Part shown: in pieces, positions 27,266-37,450 of the stretch
Numbering within the stretch: the first letter of the stretch is position 1
How the letters are laid out: each line of letters opens with the position of its first letter
NCBI GenBank assembly: GCA_031429095.1
Contig: JANOYY010000037.1
Location: 4,883 to 68,882 of the forward strand
Direction: 5' to 3'
DNA length: 64,000 nucleotides
Origin: Acidimicrobiia bacterium
GTDB lineage: Bacteria > Actinomycetota > Acidimicrobiia > Acidimicrobiales > JANYDT01
Made by a program: the position numbers and the translations under genes
Notes under the pieces: model-generated
Told to the model about the DNA's origin: nothing
Database searches by the model: none
What the model saw: the letters and a program-made list of their open reading frames with translations, nothing else

Positions 27266-28048
27266 CTACGGGAGGCTTCTGAGGAACACGAGCCGGTCAC
27301 GATTTGATCGCACCGGATCAAACGCATAGCCGTTCTCGTTGAACGAACTTAGTTCATCCACTGACGTAATACGTTCGCGTATTATCCATCCGGCCATCAC
27401 TCCTCGGGCCTTCTTCGCGAAGAAGCTGATGGTCTTCGGATCACTGATTCCCTTGCGGTCAAGGAAGACCGGGGTAACGAGACCGGCGCCGAGTTTGGCG
27501 GGGCGAACGGAACCGAAGTACTCCTGCGACGCAAGGTTCACGAGCACCTTCTCGCCTGGACTGTCGGCAATTGCATCGCGAAGTGCATCGGTAATGGTGT
27601 CGCCCCAATAGTCATAGAGATTTGCACCGCGTCTGGTCTTGAGCCGGGTTCCCATTTCGAGCCGATACGGCATCATCAGGTCGAGCGGTCGAAGGAGTCC
27701 GTACAGGCCCGACAGGATTCGGAGGATCTTTTGGGCGTGTGCCCAATCCTCTTTACTGAACTTCGATGGTGCAGCCAGCCCGTCGTACACGTCGCCGTTG
27801 AACGCGAGGAGTGCCTGGCGCGAGTTGTGTGGGGTGAACGGCCGCTCCCAGTCCCGGTACCGCTCCACGTTCAGTTCCGCGAGGGCAGGCGAGATCGACA
27901 TCAGCCTGGCAACGTCTTTGGCAGACTTCTTCCGCATCACGCCGATCAAGACTTCAGATCGGTCAAGCATCGTCGGTTCGGTGTACTCGGTGGTTGCGAG
28001 TGGGGTTTCGTAGTCCAGCGATTTCGCGGGGGAAAGAACAATCAGCAC
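27266..28048 (-). CDS. yaaA: Peroxide stress protein YaaA (DUF328/UPF0246)
   Basis: MLIVLSPAKSLDYETP..., ALLAFNGDVYDGL, RILSGLYGLLRPLD. Confidence 0.88.
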   Translation of the reverse strand: MLIVLSPAKSLDYETPLATTEYTEPTMLDRSEVLIGVMRKKSAKDVARLMSISPALAELNVERYRDWERPFTPHNSRQALLAFNGDVYDGLAAPSKFSKEDWAHAQKILRILSGLYGLLRPLDLMMPYRLEMGTRLKTRRGANLYDYWGDTITDALRDAIADSPGEKVLVNLASQEYFGSVRPAKLGAGLVTPVFLDRKGISDPKTISFFAKKARGVMAGWIIRERITSVDELSSFNENGYAFDPVRSNRDRLVFLRSLP

Positions 28049-28135
28049 GCCTCAATAGTTGCGCACTCGGCGAACGTTGGTGGACGTCATGGAAATTGGG
28101 CCGGGAGGTCGGCCTCCGCTGGCTAGGGTCGAGCC

Positions 28136-29377
28136 ATGGACGAAGCCGTGTGGGCCACAGGAACCCGTCCCACCCCTGCCCTGCTTCGTGCGTACGTTCT
28201 GACCCTCGTCAACGTGTTCGGCAACGGTCTCGTCATGGCCTATCAGCTGATCTTCCTGACCGACGTCCGCCAGATCGATCTGCGGGTGGCAGGGCTGCTC
28301 ATGGGACTCATGGGAGTGGCGAGCCTCATCGCGTCACCGATCACGGGGACGTTTACCGATCGAATCGGGTCGGTCAACGCGATGTCGATCGGGTTCGCTC
28401 TCGGGATAGCCGGTTGGGCGGTATTGCTCGTCGGCGACGGCGTGGCGATGTCTGGGGTGGCGATGGTCCTCATCGGCCTCTCCATGGGAACGTCGTGGCC
28501 GGCCAGCGGCACGCTGGTTGCGAACCTGACGACCCCCGAAACCCGCTCGCGCGCTTTTGCGATTCAGCGAATGGTCATCAACGCAGCAATCGGGCTCGGG
28601 GGACTGGTGGGCGGGTTCGTTGCCGATGCGAAACGTCCTCGTACCTTCGAGGTTCTCTTCATGGCTGACATGGCGACGTTTGCTGTCGCGATGGTCCTCG
28701 GGTTGCATCTTGCTCGTGTCGTGCCGCGAGTGCGATCCGATGCCGCCACCCGCGTGGAGGAGCCAGGATACCGAGAGGTTCTGGCCGACCGATTCTTTTC
28801 GAGGACGTTGGCCTACGACCTTGCTACCGGTCTCACGTTCGCGTTCGCGTTTGATTTGCTCCCGAAATTTCTCACACTGCTAGGCGCGCGTACGAATGCG
28901 GTCGGCATCGTGTTTGCAGTCAACACGGCCGCCGTTGTGTTGTTGCAGCTACCGATAGTGCGCTGGACTGCTGGACGACGGCGGCTCCGCCTCCTCGAAG
29001 TGCAGTTCGGCGTCTTTGGGGTCGGGTTCGTGATTTGTTGGCTGGCGTCGAAAGTTGCGTCGGTGTGGATTCTGCCCTTTGTGATTGTTGCGGCCATCGT
29101 GTGGTCGGTCGGCGAGTGTGTCATGGGCACGGTGCGATCGCCGATGGTGGTGGACATGGCACGACCCCAGTTGGTGGGTCGGTACAACGCGCTCACCGCG
29201 ATGATGTTCCAGTTGGGTATGTCGATGGGGCGTCCGCTGGGGGCGATCGCGTTGAAGCGGGGGCCCGGTCCGCTCTGGCTCCTCGCGGTCGTGGTCAGCC
29301 TCGCTGGTATGGCCTATCTGCGAGGTTTGGAGGGCTCAATCTCCGACCGGCTCCGCCGTAATCCGGCACTGCAGTAG
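28136..29377 (+). CDS. MFS transporter
   Basis: About 12 predicted TM segments. GTFTDRIG motif (MFS loop 2-3). Confidence 0.75.
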   Translation: MDEAVWATGTRPTPALLRAYVLTLVNVFGNGLVMAYQLIFLTDVRQIDLRVAGLLMGLMGVASLIASPITGTFTDRIGSVNAMSIGFALGIAGWAVLLVGDGVAMSGVAMVLIGLSMGTSWPASGTLVANLTTPETRSRAFAIQRMVINAAIGLGGLVGGFVADAKRPRTFEVLFMADMATFAVAMVLGLHLARVVPRVRSDAATRVEEPGYREVLADRFFSRTLAYDLATGLTFAFAFDLLPKFLTLLGARTNAVGIVFAVNTAAVVLLQLPIVRWTAGRRRLRLLEVQFGVFGVGFVICWLASKVASVWILPFVIVAAIVWSVGECVMGTVRSPMVVDMARPQLVGRYNALTAMMFQLGMSMGRPLGAIALKRGPGPLWLLAVVVSLAGMAYLRGLEGSISDRLRRNPALQ

Positions 29378-29389
29378 TTTTGCTCCGCC

Positions 29390-30361
29390 ATGAATCAGTC
29401 CTCCTCTGCCCAGCTTCGACGTCGTGGGCAGTTGTACATCGTGGTTGCCGCCGTGGCGTGGTCTATCGCCGGGGTCATGCAGCGAGGGCTCACAGTCGAT
29501 ACGCCGACGCAGGCTGCCGGACGGGCGTTCTTCGCGTTTGTCGCGCTCAGCGGCGTCTGTGTCTTTGAGGCGCGCCGTACGAACCAACGTTTATCGGCGT
29601 TCGTTCGTGCGATTGGATGGGCCGGAGTCGCGATGGCCGTCTGTCTGGCCGGTGCCTCGGGCTCGTTCATCATTGCGCTAAACAACGCCAGTGTGGCCAG
29701 TGTGCTGTTCCTGCAGACTTTGTCGCCATTTGTGGCCATTGTGTTTTCGCAGCTTCTCTTTGGTGAGCGCGCACCGCGCCGTACCTGGATTGCAATGGCG
29801 ATAGCGGTTGTCGGCGTCGGTGTGATGGTTGGTGGCCCTCGAATCGGGTCGACGTTCGGATTGCTCTTCGCGCTATTGATGTCGTTCCTCTTCGGGTTGT
29901 CGATCGTACTGACAAGATATGCGCGCAGTGTATCGATGGCTCCAGGGTCGGCCCTCTCGCAACTCATTGTGTTCGTGGTCGCTGTCCCGTTTGCAGGTAT
30001 CTCGTCCATCACCGGCGGTGACCTGACAAGGCTGGTGATCCTTGGTGTGTTCCAAATGGGACTTGGCCAGCTTTGTTTCGTAATGGGTGCTCGGCTGATC
30101 GACGCCGGCGAGACAGGTCTGATCACGCTGCTTGAGGTGTTACTCGGTCCGCTGTGGGTGTGGATGTTCTACCGGGAGAACCCGGGCCCGGGAACACTCC
30201 TCGGCGGTGTGATCCTGATCGGTGCCGTCGTGTACCAGACCCGTTCCGGGGGTTCGTCGACCGAGCCGCCGAAAATCGGCGACGCGCCCCTGGCGAGGTG
30301 TACCCACGCGACCAACTCAGGCACTTTCGCGACCAACTCAGGCAAAACGTCTTCAAAATGA
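29390..30361 (+). CDS. EamA/DMT family transporter
   Basis: 10-TM profile. Duplicated EamA-like halves. AWSIAGV N-terminal motif. Confidence 0.8.
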   Translation: MNQSSSAQLRRRGQLYIVVAAVAWSIAGVMQRGLTVDTPTQAAGRAFFAFVALSGVCVFEARRTNQRLSAFVRAIGWAGVAMAVCLAGASGSFIIALNNASVASVLFLQTLSPFVAIVFSQLLFGERAPRRTWIAMAIAVVGVGVMVGGPRIGSTFGLLFALLMSFLFGLSIVLTRYARSVSMAPGSALSQLIVFVVAVPFAGISSITGGDLTRLVILGVFQMGLGQLCFVMGARLIDAGETGLITLLEVLLGPLWVWMFYRENPGPGTLLGGVILIGAVVYQTRSGGSSTEPPKIGDAPLARCTHATNSGTFATNSGKTSSK

Positions 30362-30410
30362 TAGGGAAAGTGCCAAGTTGGCTGACTTTGCGTTTCTCCC
30401 ACGAAGCTGA

Positions 30411-31229
30411 TCACCCGAGGCGGGCCTGAGTCCGCAACGCCTGTTCAACGAGTGCCGTGAACCCTGCGGCTGACGATGCGTGCGCGCCGTGGGTCGCGTC
30501 GGGGATCATTTCGAGCGCGACACGTGTATTGCCGGCCGCTCGTAGCATCGAGGCGACCTCAGTGGCGGATCGCTGCTGGTGCGGAAGCGATTTTGCGCCA
30601 CAGCCGATGACCGTCGGGCAGGTGATGCGCACTGGATCGTAAGGACAACCGCCATCTCGCAGGCCGGAGAGGTCGAGCAGGAGCGCCGTGCCCTCGGCGC
30701 GTCGCGCCGCTTGCGTCTCCTCGCCGAGCATGGCCCACACGCGATCACCGACGATTCGTCGCATGAACGATTCGGCTGCAGCTTCAGGACCGCCATCGGA
30801 ACCTGCGGCAATCGTCGAACCGCCCGCCGTGCTCGGCCACCAGTCGGTCCACGGCATCGGCGCCTCGTAGACGACGAGTGACTTGACCAACTCGGGGTTC
30901 TGGTCCGCAAGGCAGAGCGCGACGACGCCTCCGTAGCTATGCCCGACGAGCGTGGAGGGGGTGTGACCGACGACCCAACGGAGATCGTCCACGTGGTCCT
31001 GCAGCGACGTTGCTGGCGGCATCGAGTTCAATGACCGCGAATATCCGCGCCGATCATATGCGACAGTCGTATGTGTACTGAGGAATTTCCGAACTCGGAC
31101 AAAGCTCGTATGACGGTCCATTGCGCCGTGAATGAATACGAGTGTTTCGCCCGACCCTCCGGGTCGGGTGTCGACAAATACTTCACCTGTTGAAGAGGGC
31201 ACCTGGGCATTCAAGCACCAAAACGACAC
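30411..31229 (-). CDS. Alpha/beta hydrolase
   Basis: LVFIHG, nucleophile elbow GHSYGG, C-terminal His region (PDATHGAH). Confidence 0.75.
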   Translation of the reverse strand: MSFWCLNAQVPSSTGEVFVDTRPGGSGETLVFIHGAMDRHTSFVRVRKFLSTHTTVAYDRRGYSRSLNSMPPATSLQDHVDDLRWVVGHTPSTLVGHSYGGVVALCLADQNPELVKSLVVYEAPMPWTDWWPSTAGGSTIAAGSDGGPEAAAESFMRRIVGDRVWAMLGEETQAARRAEGTALLLDLSGLRDGGCPYDPVRITCPTVIGCGAKSLPHQQRSATEVASMLRAAGNTRVALEMIPDATHGAHASSAAGFTALVEQALRTQARLG

Positions 31230-31248
31230 CGGAGAGAGTCAGACCACA

Positions 31249-31289
31249 GGGATCGGGGGTCGGGGATCGGGGGTCGGGGATCGGAGATC
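31249..31289. repeat. G-rich 14-nt tandem repeat (GGGATCGGGGGTCG, about 2.9 units); potential G-quadruplex on the + strand
   Basis: Read directly. G-runs of 3, 5, 4, 5 and 4 separated by 1-3 nt. Contains three GATC sites. Intergenic between two minus-strand hydrolase genes. Confidence 0.8.
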
Positions 31290-31358
31290 ACCGGTCTCGC
31301 CCCGAGATGCGTCGCACGATGTGGTCCACCGCCCCGGCTGTCCGCGGGTGTGCCCCCG

Positions 31359-32234
31359 CTAAGAAAGCGACGCTATGAAGCCCGTGACCTCATCGACCCA
31401 GCGGTCCCAGAGTTGCGGGGGGTAGTCATGGCCCATGCCCTCGATAAGGACAAACTTTGCCCCGGGGACCAACTCGGCGCTTCGACGCCCACCGCTTTGA
31501 TCGATCAGGGTGTCTTTGTCGCCGTGCATCACTAACATAGGTATACGTACTGATTTGAGCTTCTCGGCCCGCTGCCCTGAAGCACGTATGGCGAGAAACT
31601 GTCGCCCTGATCCCGTTGGTCGGAACGAACGATCAAACGCCGCTTCGGCATCTCGTCGCCAACGGGCCTCGTCGGCAAACTCGGGGCTACCCCACTCGTG
31701 AAGGCCATCAATGCTGGCCCGCACATAGGACTCCCGATCGGTTGCTGGGGGAGCGGTCAGCAGCGCCAACGCTCGTGGTGTCGACTGACCGAATTCAGGT
31801 TCGCCCGTCGTGGACATCACCGACGTCGCCGACAGCAAGCGACCGGGGTGCTCGATAGCGATCGTCTGCACAATCATTCCGCCCATGGAAAGACCCATCA
31901 CATGTCCGCGTTCGATCCCTTCCGCATCAAGCACCGCGACTGCATCACGGGCCATGTCACTGACGGTGTACGCATTTCCCTCCGGGCCCACCGGCGCACC
32001 CTCGTACGATGTTGAAAGTCCGACGTCGCGGTTGTCGAAACGGATGACGTAGAAACCCTTGGCCACGAACTTGGTACACCAAGCGTCGTGGTAGTTGATC
32101 GATTGACTGCCGAGGCCGTTGATCAGCAGGAGCGCTGGGTCGCTCGACGAACCGAAGGATTGATAGAAGACTTCACAGTCACCGTTGCGCGCGATTGCCA
32201 TGGCGGCGAACTTAGTGCCCGACACCTCACACAC
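31359..32234 (-). CDS. Alpha/beta hydrolase
   Basis: LLLINGLGSQ, GLSMGG nucleophile elbow, MHGDKD, GMGHD. The start could be GTG 32234 or ATG 32201. Confidence 0.78.
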   Translation of the reverse strand: MCEVSGTKFAAMAIARNGDCEVFYQSFGSSSDPALLLINGLGSQSINYHDAWCTKFVAKGFYVIRFDNRDVGLSTSYEGAPVGPEGNAYTVSDMARDAVAVLDAEGIERGHVMGLSMGGMIVQTIAIEHPGRLLSATSVMSTTGEPEFGQSTPRALALLTAPPATDRESYVRASIDGLHEWGSPEFADEARWRRDAEAAFDRSFRPTGSGRQFLAIRASGQRAEKLKSVRIPMLVMHGDKDTLIDQSGGRRSAELVPGAKFVLIEGMGHDYPPQLWDRWVDEVTGFIASLS

Positions 32235-32235
32235 G

Positions 32236-33201
32236 CTACCTGGTGAGGAGCGCGACCTGGGCCGCTCGGATGGCCGGCGTCTGTCCCTGGACCAGCAAGA
32301 ACATCGCTTCCCGGGCGAGCCGTTGCGCGAGTTGGCCCTTCACGATCGATGATCCTCCGTTGCGAGCGACGAAGGCGGTCGCCGCGTGCAGCGCGAGTGC
32401 CGTTGCCTCGGCCCGGGCCGATGCGACCGACGTCGGGTCGGGCGCTGTGTTGAGGCTGTCACGGCAGCGAGTGAGTTGATCTCCGAGCTTGCCTGCCTCA
32501 GCGCCGAGGAGCGCAATGGTGCGGGCGGCGTGCCCGAGAGCCACGGATCCGTTGGTCCGCAGGCCCGCAGCGTCGCGCACCTTCCACGTCTCAAGAGGCT
32601 CGGTGCCGGCAACCCTGTCGGATGAAACGCGGTGTTCTCGAAGTGTGAGCTCGACAGTCGACGACGCATTCACCGCGACGAGGTCAAGCCGCTGCGGCAA
32701 CATCGTGGCGCATGCAGTCGCATCGACGACGAACCAAACAATCTGAGAGGGATCATCAGCGCGCATAGCAGCAAGGTGTACGAGATCGATTCGGGACCAG
32801 CCAGTTACCCAAGGAGCCTTGCCTGAGATCGTCCAACCATCACCGCTTGGCGTCGCCACGATCACTGGCGGACCACTCCGGCGAAGGTGTGCGAAGGCAA
32901 CCCCGCTGCGGAGATCTCCAGAAGCAAGCCGCGAACCCCAGCGAGCATCGGACGCGAGGAGCCGGGAAGGTCCGAGATGTTGGAGCCACACGAACGTACT
33001 CGTGAGACACGCGCCAGCGAGCGTCTCGATGACCTCGAAGAGCGCCGCCGGGTCGTCAGCCGCCGCCGCTCCGTAGAGTCCGGCCTGCGCCAATGCATCG
33101 AGGTTCTCCCGTGGCAGAACAGCCAATTCGTCTGTCGCTGACGCGGTCGGAAAGAGCAGATCTTCAGCGAGGGTCTTCGCACGCAGGACCAGTTCACTCA
33201 T
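32236..33201 (-). CDS. Acyl-CoA dehydrogenase-like protein (short, 321 aa)
   Basis: ATG 33201 gives MSELVLRAKTLAEDLLFPTA.... ACAD-like N-terminal and middle-domain pattern (GWTISGKAPWVTG). No clear catalytic base recognised. Confidence 0.6.
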   Translation of the reverse strand: MSELVLRAKTLAEDLLFPTASATDELAVLPRENLDALAQAGLYGAAAADDPAALFEVIETLAGACLTSTFVWLQHLGPSRLLASDARWGSRLASGDLRSGVAFAHLRRSGPPVIVATPSGDGWTISGKAPWVTGWSRIDLVHLAAMRADDPSQIVWFVVDATACATMLPQRLDLVAVNASSTVELTLREHRVSSDRVAGTEPLETWKVRDAAGLRTNGSVALGHAARTIALLGAEAGKLGDQLTRCRDSLNTAPDPTSVASARAEATALALHAATAFVARNGGSSIVKGQLAQRLAREAMFLLVQGQTPAIRAAQVALLTR

Positions 33202-33280
33202 CAAAATTGCCCCGAACACATCCCAGCATTGTGGTCGAAGCCGAATATGCAGTGTGCATCTTTCAGGGGCGGCTCCTACG

Positions 33281-34369
33281 ATGTCGGGCATGTCGTTGAA
33301 CTGCACTGTCACCAAAAACCCGAATCCGACCTCGGCGGAGCGCAAATCAGAGATTATGGAGGCCCCCGGGTTCGGCAAGTACTTCACGGACCACATGGTG
33401 CAGGTGACGTGGACGACAGAAGCCGGATGGCACGACGCCAAGGTGATGCCGTATGGCCCGATTGCCATGGACCCGGCGTCGGCAGTACTCCACTACGCGC
33501 AGGAGATCTTTGAGGGGCTCAAGGCGTATCGTCACGGCGACGCAAGCGTGTGGACGTTCCGACCCCGCGCCAACGCCGCACGGTTCAACCGTTCGGCGGC
33601 TCGGCTCGCCCTCCCCGAGCTTCCCGAAGAGGATTTCGTCGAAGCGATCACGCAATTGGTGTCGATCGACAGAGAATGGGTTCCAAGCGGCGCTGAGCAG
33701 AGTCTGTATCTGCGGCCCTTTATGTTTGCCTCGGAGGTCTTTCTCGGCGTGCGTCCGAGCGCGCACGTGACGTTCATGGTGATCGCGTCACCGGTGGGCT
33801 CGTACTTCGCAGGTGGCATCAAGCCCGTCAACATATGGCTCTCCCAGAACTACACCCGGGCTGCTCACGGAGGAACCGGTGCGGCAAAGTGTGGCGGGAA
33901 CTACGCAGCGGGTCTCGTTGCGCAACTGGAGGCAACCGAGCACGGTTGCGATCAGGTCTGTTTCGTCGACGCGGTCGAGCAGAAATGGATCGAAGAGCTT
34001 GGCGGCATGAACCTGTACTTCGTGCACGCCGACGGTCGGCTTCTCACTCCACCGACGAGCGGGACGATCCTGGAGGGCGTCACGCGAGATTCGATTCTCA
34101 AGCTTGGTGCCGAGCTCGGTCTCACTCCGGAAGAACGGCCCGTGTCGGTCGACGATTGGAGAGGGGGGGTTTCGAGCGGGGAGATTCGCGAAGTGTTCGC
34201 ATGTGGAACTGCTGCCGTGGTCACTCCGGTCGGACGCCTGATGTGGTCGGGTGGAGAAGTCGGCGATGGCAATGCCGGCGAGATGACCATGCGGATCCGT
34301 AATTCGCTGATCGACGTGCAGTACGGCCGGGCTGCTGACTCGCACTCCTGGTTGCATCGGCTGGCATAG
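33281..34369 (+). CDS. ilvE: Branched-chain amino acid aminotransferase
   Basis: GFGKYFTDHM, LHYAQEIFEGLKAY, LYLRPF, GGTGAAKCGGNYAA, EVFACGTAAVVTPV. Start ATG 33281 chosen by N-terminal similarity to actinobacterial IlvE. ATG 33254 is also open. Confidence 0.92.
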   Translation: MSGMSLNCTVTKNPNPTSAERKSEIMEAPGFGKYFTDHMVQVTWTTEAGWHDAKVMPYGPIAMDPASAVLHYAQEIFEGLKAYRHGDASVWTFRPRANAARFNRSAARLALPELPEEDFVEAITQLVSIDREWVPSGAEQSLYLRPFMFASEVFLGVRPSAHVTFMVIASPVGSYFAGGIKPVNIWLSQNYTRAAHGGTGAAKCGGNYAAGLVAQLEATEHGCDQVCFVDAVEQKWIEELGGMNLYFVHADGRLLTPPTSGTILEGVTRDSILKLGAELGLTPEERPVSVDDWRGGVSSGEIREVFACGTAAVVTPVGRLMWSGGEVGDGNAGEMTMRIRNSLIDVQYGRAADSHSWLHRLA

Positions 34370-35275
34370 GTGAAAGTTCGCATCGCCGTTGCGCCGCCCG
34401 CCTCGGCGCTCGCCGATGATCAGTTCGCTGACTATCTCGACGCGCTGGAGTCCTTCGGGTTCGACACGATTTGGCTGTCTGACGTCCCGCTCGGCCCGCT
34501 CGGTGACCCACTGATCAGCCTGACCTACGCAGCAGCGCGCACAGCCAAACTCAAATTGGGTATGAACGTTGTACCTCTCGGTCGAAACCCGCTGTGGTTG
34601 GCCAAGCAACTCGCGCAACTTGATCGACTGTCCAATGGCCGCCTACTTCTGTCGTTTGTCCCGGGGCTTGGTCAACCGGAGGAACGCGCGGCACTGGGCT
34701 ACGCGAGCGGCGACGCCGGCCCGGACCATCGAGGCAACAGCATCGATGAGATCATCGCGCTGCTTCGTTCCTGGTGGGCTGGTGAAGCGGTAACCGGATC
34801 CCTTGGCCCGTTTCGCTATGACGGCGTGAAGATTGTCCCGCAGCCGAAGCAGGACCCGCTGGAGTTGTGGCTGGGCGGCATCGGGCCGGCCGCGCTCGAC
34901 CGAGTCGCCCGACTGTCCGATGGCTGGTTAACAGCGAGCGCTACGCCACTGGAAGCTGCCGCCGGGCGAGTCACCATTGAGTGTCGTGCCTCCGCAATCG
35001 GTCGAACGATTGACGCCGATCACTTCGGCATCAGCATGCCATTCGCTCGTGAGGAACCAGACCCGGTATCCGTCGAGGCGCTGCGAAGGCGGCGCTCCGA
35101 TCGTGACTTGTCAGGGGTTCTCCCCATCGGCGAAGAACGGCTCGTAAATCTACTACGCGCACATATTGATGGCGGGCTGACGAAATTTGTGTTGCGCTCG
35201 CTTTCCGGACCGGGAGTTGACTGGCGCGACGATTTGAGCTGGCTTGCCGATACGGTCCTGTCGCTCCAAACCTGA
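34370..35275 (+). CDS. Luciferase-like monooxygenase (LLM) class oxidoreductase, possibly F420-dependent
   Basis: FGFDTIWLSD, RTAKLKLGMNV, GRLLLSFVPG. GTG start immediately follows the ilvE stop. Confidence 0.72.
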   Translation: MKVRIAVAPPASALADDQFADYLDALESFGFDTIWLSDVPLGPLGDPLISLTYAAARTAKLKLGMNVVPLGRNPLWLAKQLAQLDRLSNGRLLLSFVPGLGQPEERAALGYASGDAGPDHRGNSIDEIIALLRSWWAGEAVTGSLGPFRYDGVKIVPQPKQDPLELWLGGIGPAALDRVARLSDGWLTASATPLEAAAGRVTIECRASAIGRTIDADHFGISMPFAREEPDPVSVEALRRRRSDRDLSGVLPIGEERLVNLLRAHIDGGLTKFVLRSLSGPGVDWRDDLSWLADTVLSLQT

Positions 35276-35298
35276 CCTGTAGCATCTACACTCCGGCG

Positions 35299-36321
35299 AT
35301 GGCTCCTCCGCGGCTGGGCATCGTTGGCACAGGGTTCATCTCCGTCTCGCACGCCCGAATGCTGAAGCGAGCCGCGACGCCGTTCGTACGGGCGAAGGCC
35401 TTCGACATCAACACCAGGCGCTGCCAAGGATTCGCGCAGCGGGGCGGATGGACAGCGGCAACATCGCTCGACGAGGTCCTTGACTCCTGCGACGCCGTGT
35501 TGGTGTCGACGTGGACGTCGGAGCATCGATCCATCGTGGAGGCGGCAGCAGCACGCGGGCTTCATGTGTTTTGCGAGAAGCCCTTGGCTACCTCAGTCGA
35601 TGATGCCAGAGCGATGGTTCAGGCAGTGCGGCAGGCCGGGGTTGTGCACCAGTGCGGACTTGTCCTGCGGTGGTCCCCGGCCTACGTCGTGGCACGAGCC
35701 CTCGCTCATGAGCCCGATGCGGGCGACGTCATGGCCGTGGTGCTGCGAGACGACCAGTACCTTCCGGTCCAGGGGCGTTATGCATCAACCTGGCGAGGCG
35801 ATGTCTCCAAGTCCGGCGGGGGTGTGTTGATCGAACATTCTGTGCACGACATGGATCTTCTCGAATGGATTCTCGGCCCCGTCGCAAACGTACGTGCGCA
35901 TATTTCCTATCGAGACGGACTCATTGGAATAGACGACGTAGCTGCTGCGACGCTGGTGGGTCGCAACGGAGGAGTTGCGTCACTCACCACCGTATGGCAC
36001 GACAACACCGCACGTGAATCGAATCGACATCTTGAGATCATCTGCCAACGTCGAATCATCACAGTCGCCCACGATGACTGGTTCGGACCTGTCACCTGGC
36101 AAGACCCCGACGGAGTTCTTCACGAGTACACTCCAGACCAGGCGGTTTCCCGAGCGACGGAACTGCTTGGTGCCGCACCGAACCCCGATGACGGGTTTCT
36201 GCGAGCGATCACGACGGGCACCGACGCGATGCCTGACCTCACCTTGGCGTTGCGTGCACAGCGGCTCGTCGAAGCCGGGTATCTCAGCCACAACCGCGGC
36301 GGTGCTGTTGTCGACGTGTAG
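35299..36321 (+). CDS. Gfo/Idh/MocA family oxidoreductase
   Basis: RLGIVGTGFIS Rossmann motif, VFCEKPLA, and a C-terminal alpha/beta domain. Confidence 0.8.
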   Translation: MAPPRLGIVGTGFISVSHARMLKRAATPFVRAKAFDINTRRCQGFAQRGGWTAATSLDEVLDSCDAVLVSTWTSEHRSIVEAAAARGLHVFCEKPLATSVDDARAMVQAVRQAGVVHQCGLVLRWSPAYVVARALAHEPDAGDVMAVVLRDDQYLPVQGRYASTWRGDVSKSGGGVLIEHSVHDMDLLEWILGPVANVRAHISYRDGLIGIDDVAAATLVGRNGGVASLTTVWHDNTARESNRHLEIICQRRIITVAHDDWFGPVTWQDPDGVLHEYTPDQAVSRATELLGAAPNPDDGFLRAITTGTDAMPDLTLALRAQRLVEAGYLSHNRGGAVVDV

Positions 36322-36354
36322 GCCCTTCAATGCTGAGATTGGTACGCTGCAACG

Positions 36355-37440
36355 GTGACAACAGCCGAGGCCCTGATTGCGTGCGACGACATAAACGAGG
36401 CCCTTGCGTTTTACGTCGACCGACTTGGCTTTCGTGTCGATTCCATTTTCCCGGCCGAGGCTCCGAGCGTGGCAGTACTTCGCGGCTACGGTCTGCGGCT
36501 GCGGCTCGATCCGGCAGCTCCTCGTTCCCCGGCCGCAATTCGGATCTCTTCCACCGACCTTCACGCGATGGGAGGTGAAGGTCGAATTGTGGCACCCGAC
36601 GGAACAACGATCGACATTGTCGATGCGGACCCACCGATCGTGTTGCCCCCGCTTCAGCAGTCGTTTGTGTTGGAACGTGCGTCCGACGATGCAAGTTGGA
36701 CGGCAGGGCGCGCGGGCATGCGGTACCGCGATCTGATTCCCGATCGACAGGGCGGGCGATTCGTAGGTTCACATATTTGTATTCCAACGGCCGGCCCGGT
36801 GTCGGACTATGTGCATTTTCACAAGATCCGCTTCCAGATGATCTATTGCTACAAGGGCTGGACCCGACTGGTCTATGAAGATCAGGGCGAACCGTTCATC
36901 ATGAAGGCTGGCGACTGTGTTCTTCAGCCCCCTCGCATACGCCATCGCGTGCTGGAGAGTTCCGCTGGACTCGAAGTCGTCGAGATCGGATGCCCCGCGC
37001 TCCACGAAACCTTTGCCGATCCAGAGACCGACCTGCCGACGATGGACGTTCGTCCGGAGCGTGATTTCGGCGGGCAGCGATTCGCATTCCATCGAGCCGA
37101 GACAGCGACGTGGCGTTCGTCAGCCGATGGTTTCGCGCGACGCCGGTTTGGATTCCGCGAGGCGACCGACGGACTCGCCGAGGCGAGTGTTCTACGTACG
37201 TCGCCACAATCATCGACTGGTGCATCAGTCGCATTGCATGTCGCATTGCAGAGCGTTGACGCCGAGTTCTATTTCATGTTCGTTCTCGCCGGACACGCCA
37301 CGCTTCTCAGGAGCGAACATGGCGGCGAGGCTCTCGCGCCCGGTGACAGCTTTGTAATGCCGAGCAATCAGAAGTTTGCGCTGACAGAGCGATCTCCGGA
37401 CGTCGAACTACTCGAAGTCGTTCTTCCGGCACACCGCTAG
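36355..37440 (+). CDS. VOC(glyoxalase)-like N-terminal domain fused to cupin domains
   Basis: ALAFYVDRLGFRV (VOC-like). HFHKIRFQMIYCYKGW...GDCVLQPPRIRHRV (cupin metal motif). A second cupin-like C-terminal repeat. Confidence 0.6.
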   Translation: MTTAEALIACDDINEALAFYVDRLGFRVDSIFPAEAPSVAVLRGYGLRLRLDPAAPRSPAAIRISSTDLHAMGGEGRIVAPDGTTIDIVDADPPIVLPPLQQSFVLERASDDASWTAGRAGMRYRDLIPDRQGGRFVGSHICIPTAGPVSDYVHFHKIRFQMIYCYKGWTRLVYEDQGEPFIMKAGDCVLQPPRIRHRVLESSAGLEVVEIGCPALHETFADPETDLPTMDVRPERDFGGQRFAFHRAETATWRSSADGFARRRFGFREATDGLAEASVLRTSPQSSTGASVALHVALQSVDAEFYFMFVLAGHATLLRSEHGGEALAPGDSFVMPSNQKFALTERSPDVELLEVVLPAHR

Positions 37441-37450
37441 GCTCGATGTC

